NCBI GenBank assembly: GCA_009914755.4
Contig: CP068257.2
Coordinates: 42,560,001 to 42,624,000, forward strand
Reading direction: 5' to 3'
DNA: 64,000 nucleotides
DNA from: the human T2T-CHM13v2.0 reference genome, Homo sapiens
A program made the position numbers and the translations under genes. This document shows, piece by piece, positions 60,799 to 64,000 of this stretch. The first letter of the stretch is position 1; every line of letters starts with the position of its first letter. A model generated the notes under the pieces. That model was not told the DNA's origin and made no database searches. It worked only from the letters and a program-made list of their open reading frames with translations.

Positions 60799-62677
60799 AC
60801 ACGATGATTTCTGATGCTGTTGACCCTAGGGGTCTGGAAAGGCCCCTGTGACTCAACCTGGCCTTGGCCTGGGCCCAGCTGGACCCGGGGTGGCCACATA
60901 CAGCCAGGGCCATGAGGGTCAGGAAGAAAGGACAGGATGGCAGCCTCCACTGTGGAAGCCCCAGGAGCCTGGGGGTGGTCACTGAAGCCTCACCCAGACC
61001 TGATGGCCAATGCACTGGACCCCAGCAGGGGCTGCCGCTTCTCCCACCCTCCAGAAGGCACTGTCATGAGTGTGCTTGGGAACAGGGTGCATAGTCAGAT
61101 TGTTTGGGACACACTGTCTGCCCCTCACCTGCTTGGAGGGTTGTGATTTACATCCCTGCGTGAAGTTTCTGAGAAGCACATAGGACAGACACCCTTAATC
61201 AATGGAAGCCCCCATCTCTTCCAAAGCTGCTTCTGCAGAGAGCCTTCCCTTGATGGTGCATTTATAAATGGCACGGGAAACTTTCAGAAAACACCCATGT
61301 GGGAAATCGCACTCCAGAAGTGGGAAGACCGTGCAAACCATCTTCTCTCCAGGAGCCCGTGATAGTGCGAGGACTGGCGCCGATGGCCCGCTGGGGGCTG
61401 GGGAGCCCCGGGGACCCCATACCGTGTGCCCTCTGCCCTCCAGCCCATGGTGCGGAAGACACTGTCTCACCTCTGCTTGATCAATCTATAGACAGCAGGA
61501 GCCAAAGCCCAGCATCTGGAGACACACTCATGTCCTTGGGCCTCTGAGGGGCAGACTGAGGTGGTGATCACGGCAGGCGAAGGGGACGTGGTGACCCCTC
61601 CACATTCAGTGGCCACATCGAGTCACAGCTGTAGTGGGGTGGGGGGTGATACGTTTTGTGTTTGTGGAGTGAATGAACGAATGAGCAAACATTCATTTTT
61701 CTCCTGAAGACAAAGTGCCGCTGGAGTTAGAGGTGGCGTGAGCTCTTGCGTCTCCTGATCTAGAGAGGACTGCAAGGCGCCCCAGGGCCCATGGGTCCCC
61801 AGACTGCTCTCCAGCGCCACACCCAGGCCTGCGGCTCTCTCAACCTTGGATGAAGCTGATGCTTTAATATTGAGAAAGACAAGCCTGGGAGTGGGCCCAG
61901 CGCCCACAGTGAGGTCCTGGTTCTCTCCTGCAGACGTCAGCAGCCTCACAGAGCAGGCCTCAGACAAGGCTGTTCGGGACAATAATAAAACGAGTGAAAA
62001 AATAAGGCCACTTCCAAATCGTGGCTCCCACAAAAACAAGGTCCCGGGGCCACCCACAAAAATGACCGAATATCCCCCTCTCCTGGCTGAAAGGGGTGCG
62101 TGAAGCCTCTTCCCGGGCCATAGTTGGGGTTCACTGAGGCTCCCCATTGAAGAACCACAGCGCTCCTAGCCGAGCCCGGTCCAGAGCTGCCACGGTGAAC
62201 ACGGTCAGATAGTCAGGGACACGCTGTGGTCACAGTTGGCACCTTTGTATTAGAGTCTGAGAATCCCGAAATACTACATCTGCTTCACCCGTTAAATTAT
62301 CCACCATTTCCCCCAAACCTACTAAGTAAAGGAAATTTCCTTTATGGTACATTTATAAAAGCCATGTACGAAATTGTGTTCTGGAAAACACGAGTTTTAT
62401 GATGTTCGCATATGTCACATACTTTCATAGCTCAATATTCAAAAGCTGCAAAGTGGGAACAGTGAAATGGTGCTGGATTGTGCAGCCCCCAATGCTACTG
62501 AACTATGACATGAAATCTCTGGCAAAGCTTAAGTCTCTCTTCTCTGTTCCTTTCATTTTCTTTGTAACCCTTGCTTGTTTTTTTCTTATTAATTTGAAAG
62601 CCTCTTTATATATTAAAGATATTGACTCATATAATCCTCGTATACATAAGTCACAAATATTTTCTTCAGCTTGTTAA

Positions 62678-63050
<373 letters not shown>

Positions 63051-63576
63051 TGTCTACGAGTCTTTTTTTAGATTTCCATTCTTCCTAACATATTTAAAAA
63101 GTTCCTCTTCACCCCAAGATGGTATAAGCATGCACCTTTATTTTCTTTGGATATTTTATTTCATTTTTTCCATTTCATCATTTCATGTCTTCATTTAAGT
63201 CATTTTATGTATTAATTCTAATTGGAATAATTTTAGTGTTTGCCATGGCTTTTGCGAATTACTATCCAGTTCTCTCAAGATCACTTTTGAATACGCCCTC
63301 CATTCCCTGATGCATTCAAAACCGTGTGTCAATCACCTGCCTCTCTGAGTGCCTGGGTCTCAGGCTTTGCATTTCTCTCCAGGGGTGTGTCAGTTTCTGC
63401 CTTGGAGCTCCTGCCACGCTGGCTGTAGCTTTATACCATGTTTAAACACCCCGCGCCGTGTGACAGTCTTCAGAAGTGTCTTGTCTCGTGTTCACTCACC
63501 TTCCACAAGAACATTAAATCAAGTTCTTTGAAAAATCCCATTGGTAATTTGATTGGAATGAATGGTATTAGATTTA

Positions 63577-63936
<360 letters not shown>

Positions 63937-63939
63937 CCA

Positions 63940-64000
63940 GGCACACACAGGGGCTCACACCTGTAATCCCAGTGCTTTAGGAGGCTGAGCTGAAGGATTT
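63940..64000 (+). mobile_element. Alu SINE (5' part, truncated by the window edge)
   Basis: CCAGGCACACACAGGGGCTCACACCTGTAATCCCAGTGCTTTAGGAGGCTGAG... Confidence 0.8.

Overview
This is human genomic DNA, not a prokaryotic or accessory region. It is dense in primate Alu SINEs (about 45 copies), and translation of two minus-strand genes matches proteins I recognise. I read it as the ICOSLG–DNMT3L interval of chromosome 21q22.3, in reference orientation with both genes on the minus strand.

- **ICOSLG (ICOS ligand / B7-H2).** All seven coding exons of the isoform ending ...ELTGHV are present:
  - exon 1 (ATG) at 34869-34882
  - signal-peptide exon at 32514-32554
  - IgV exon at 30933-31283
  - IgC exon at 29338-29628
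  - transmembrane exon at 25347-25511
  - cytoplasmic exon at 24121-24156
  - terminal exon at 23101-23111, followed by 3'UTR
  - The promoter sits in a large CpG island at about 34300-37300.
- **DNMT3L.** All eleven coding exons are present, from the ATG at 55317-55319 to the stop codon at 40458-40460.
- **DNMT3L exon lengths.** With GT/AG splice sites, ten exon lengths plus the stop codon sum to exactly the 386-codon DNMT3L CDS. The exception is the third coding exon (53691-53771), which is one base too long.
- **Repeats.** Besides Alus there is a cluster of three minisatellites at 2.8-6.5 kb and several short VNTRs. One is a 17-bp repeat making up most of the ICOSLG 5'UTR, and one is a G-rich G4-prone minisatellite just upstream of DNMT3L. 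There are also a few local duplications.

I see no evidence of an undescribed system. The points worth a second look are:
- an apparent +1 homopolymer frameshift in a DNMT3L coding exon, which creates an immediate stop and removes a conserved zinc-finger cysteine;
- a partly inverted ~500-bp duplication bracketing the ICOSLG IgC exon;
- a templated non-Alu insertion inside an Alu;
- the repeat architecture around both promoters.

All calls rest on reading the sequence plus my recall of the ICOSLG and DNMT3L proteins and the Alu consensus. No database search was possible.
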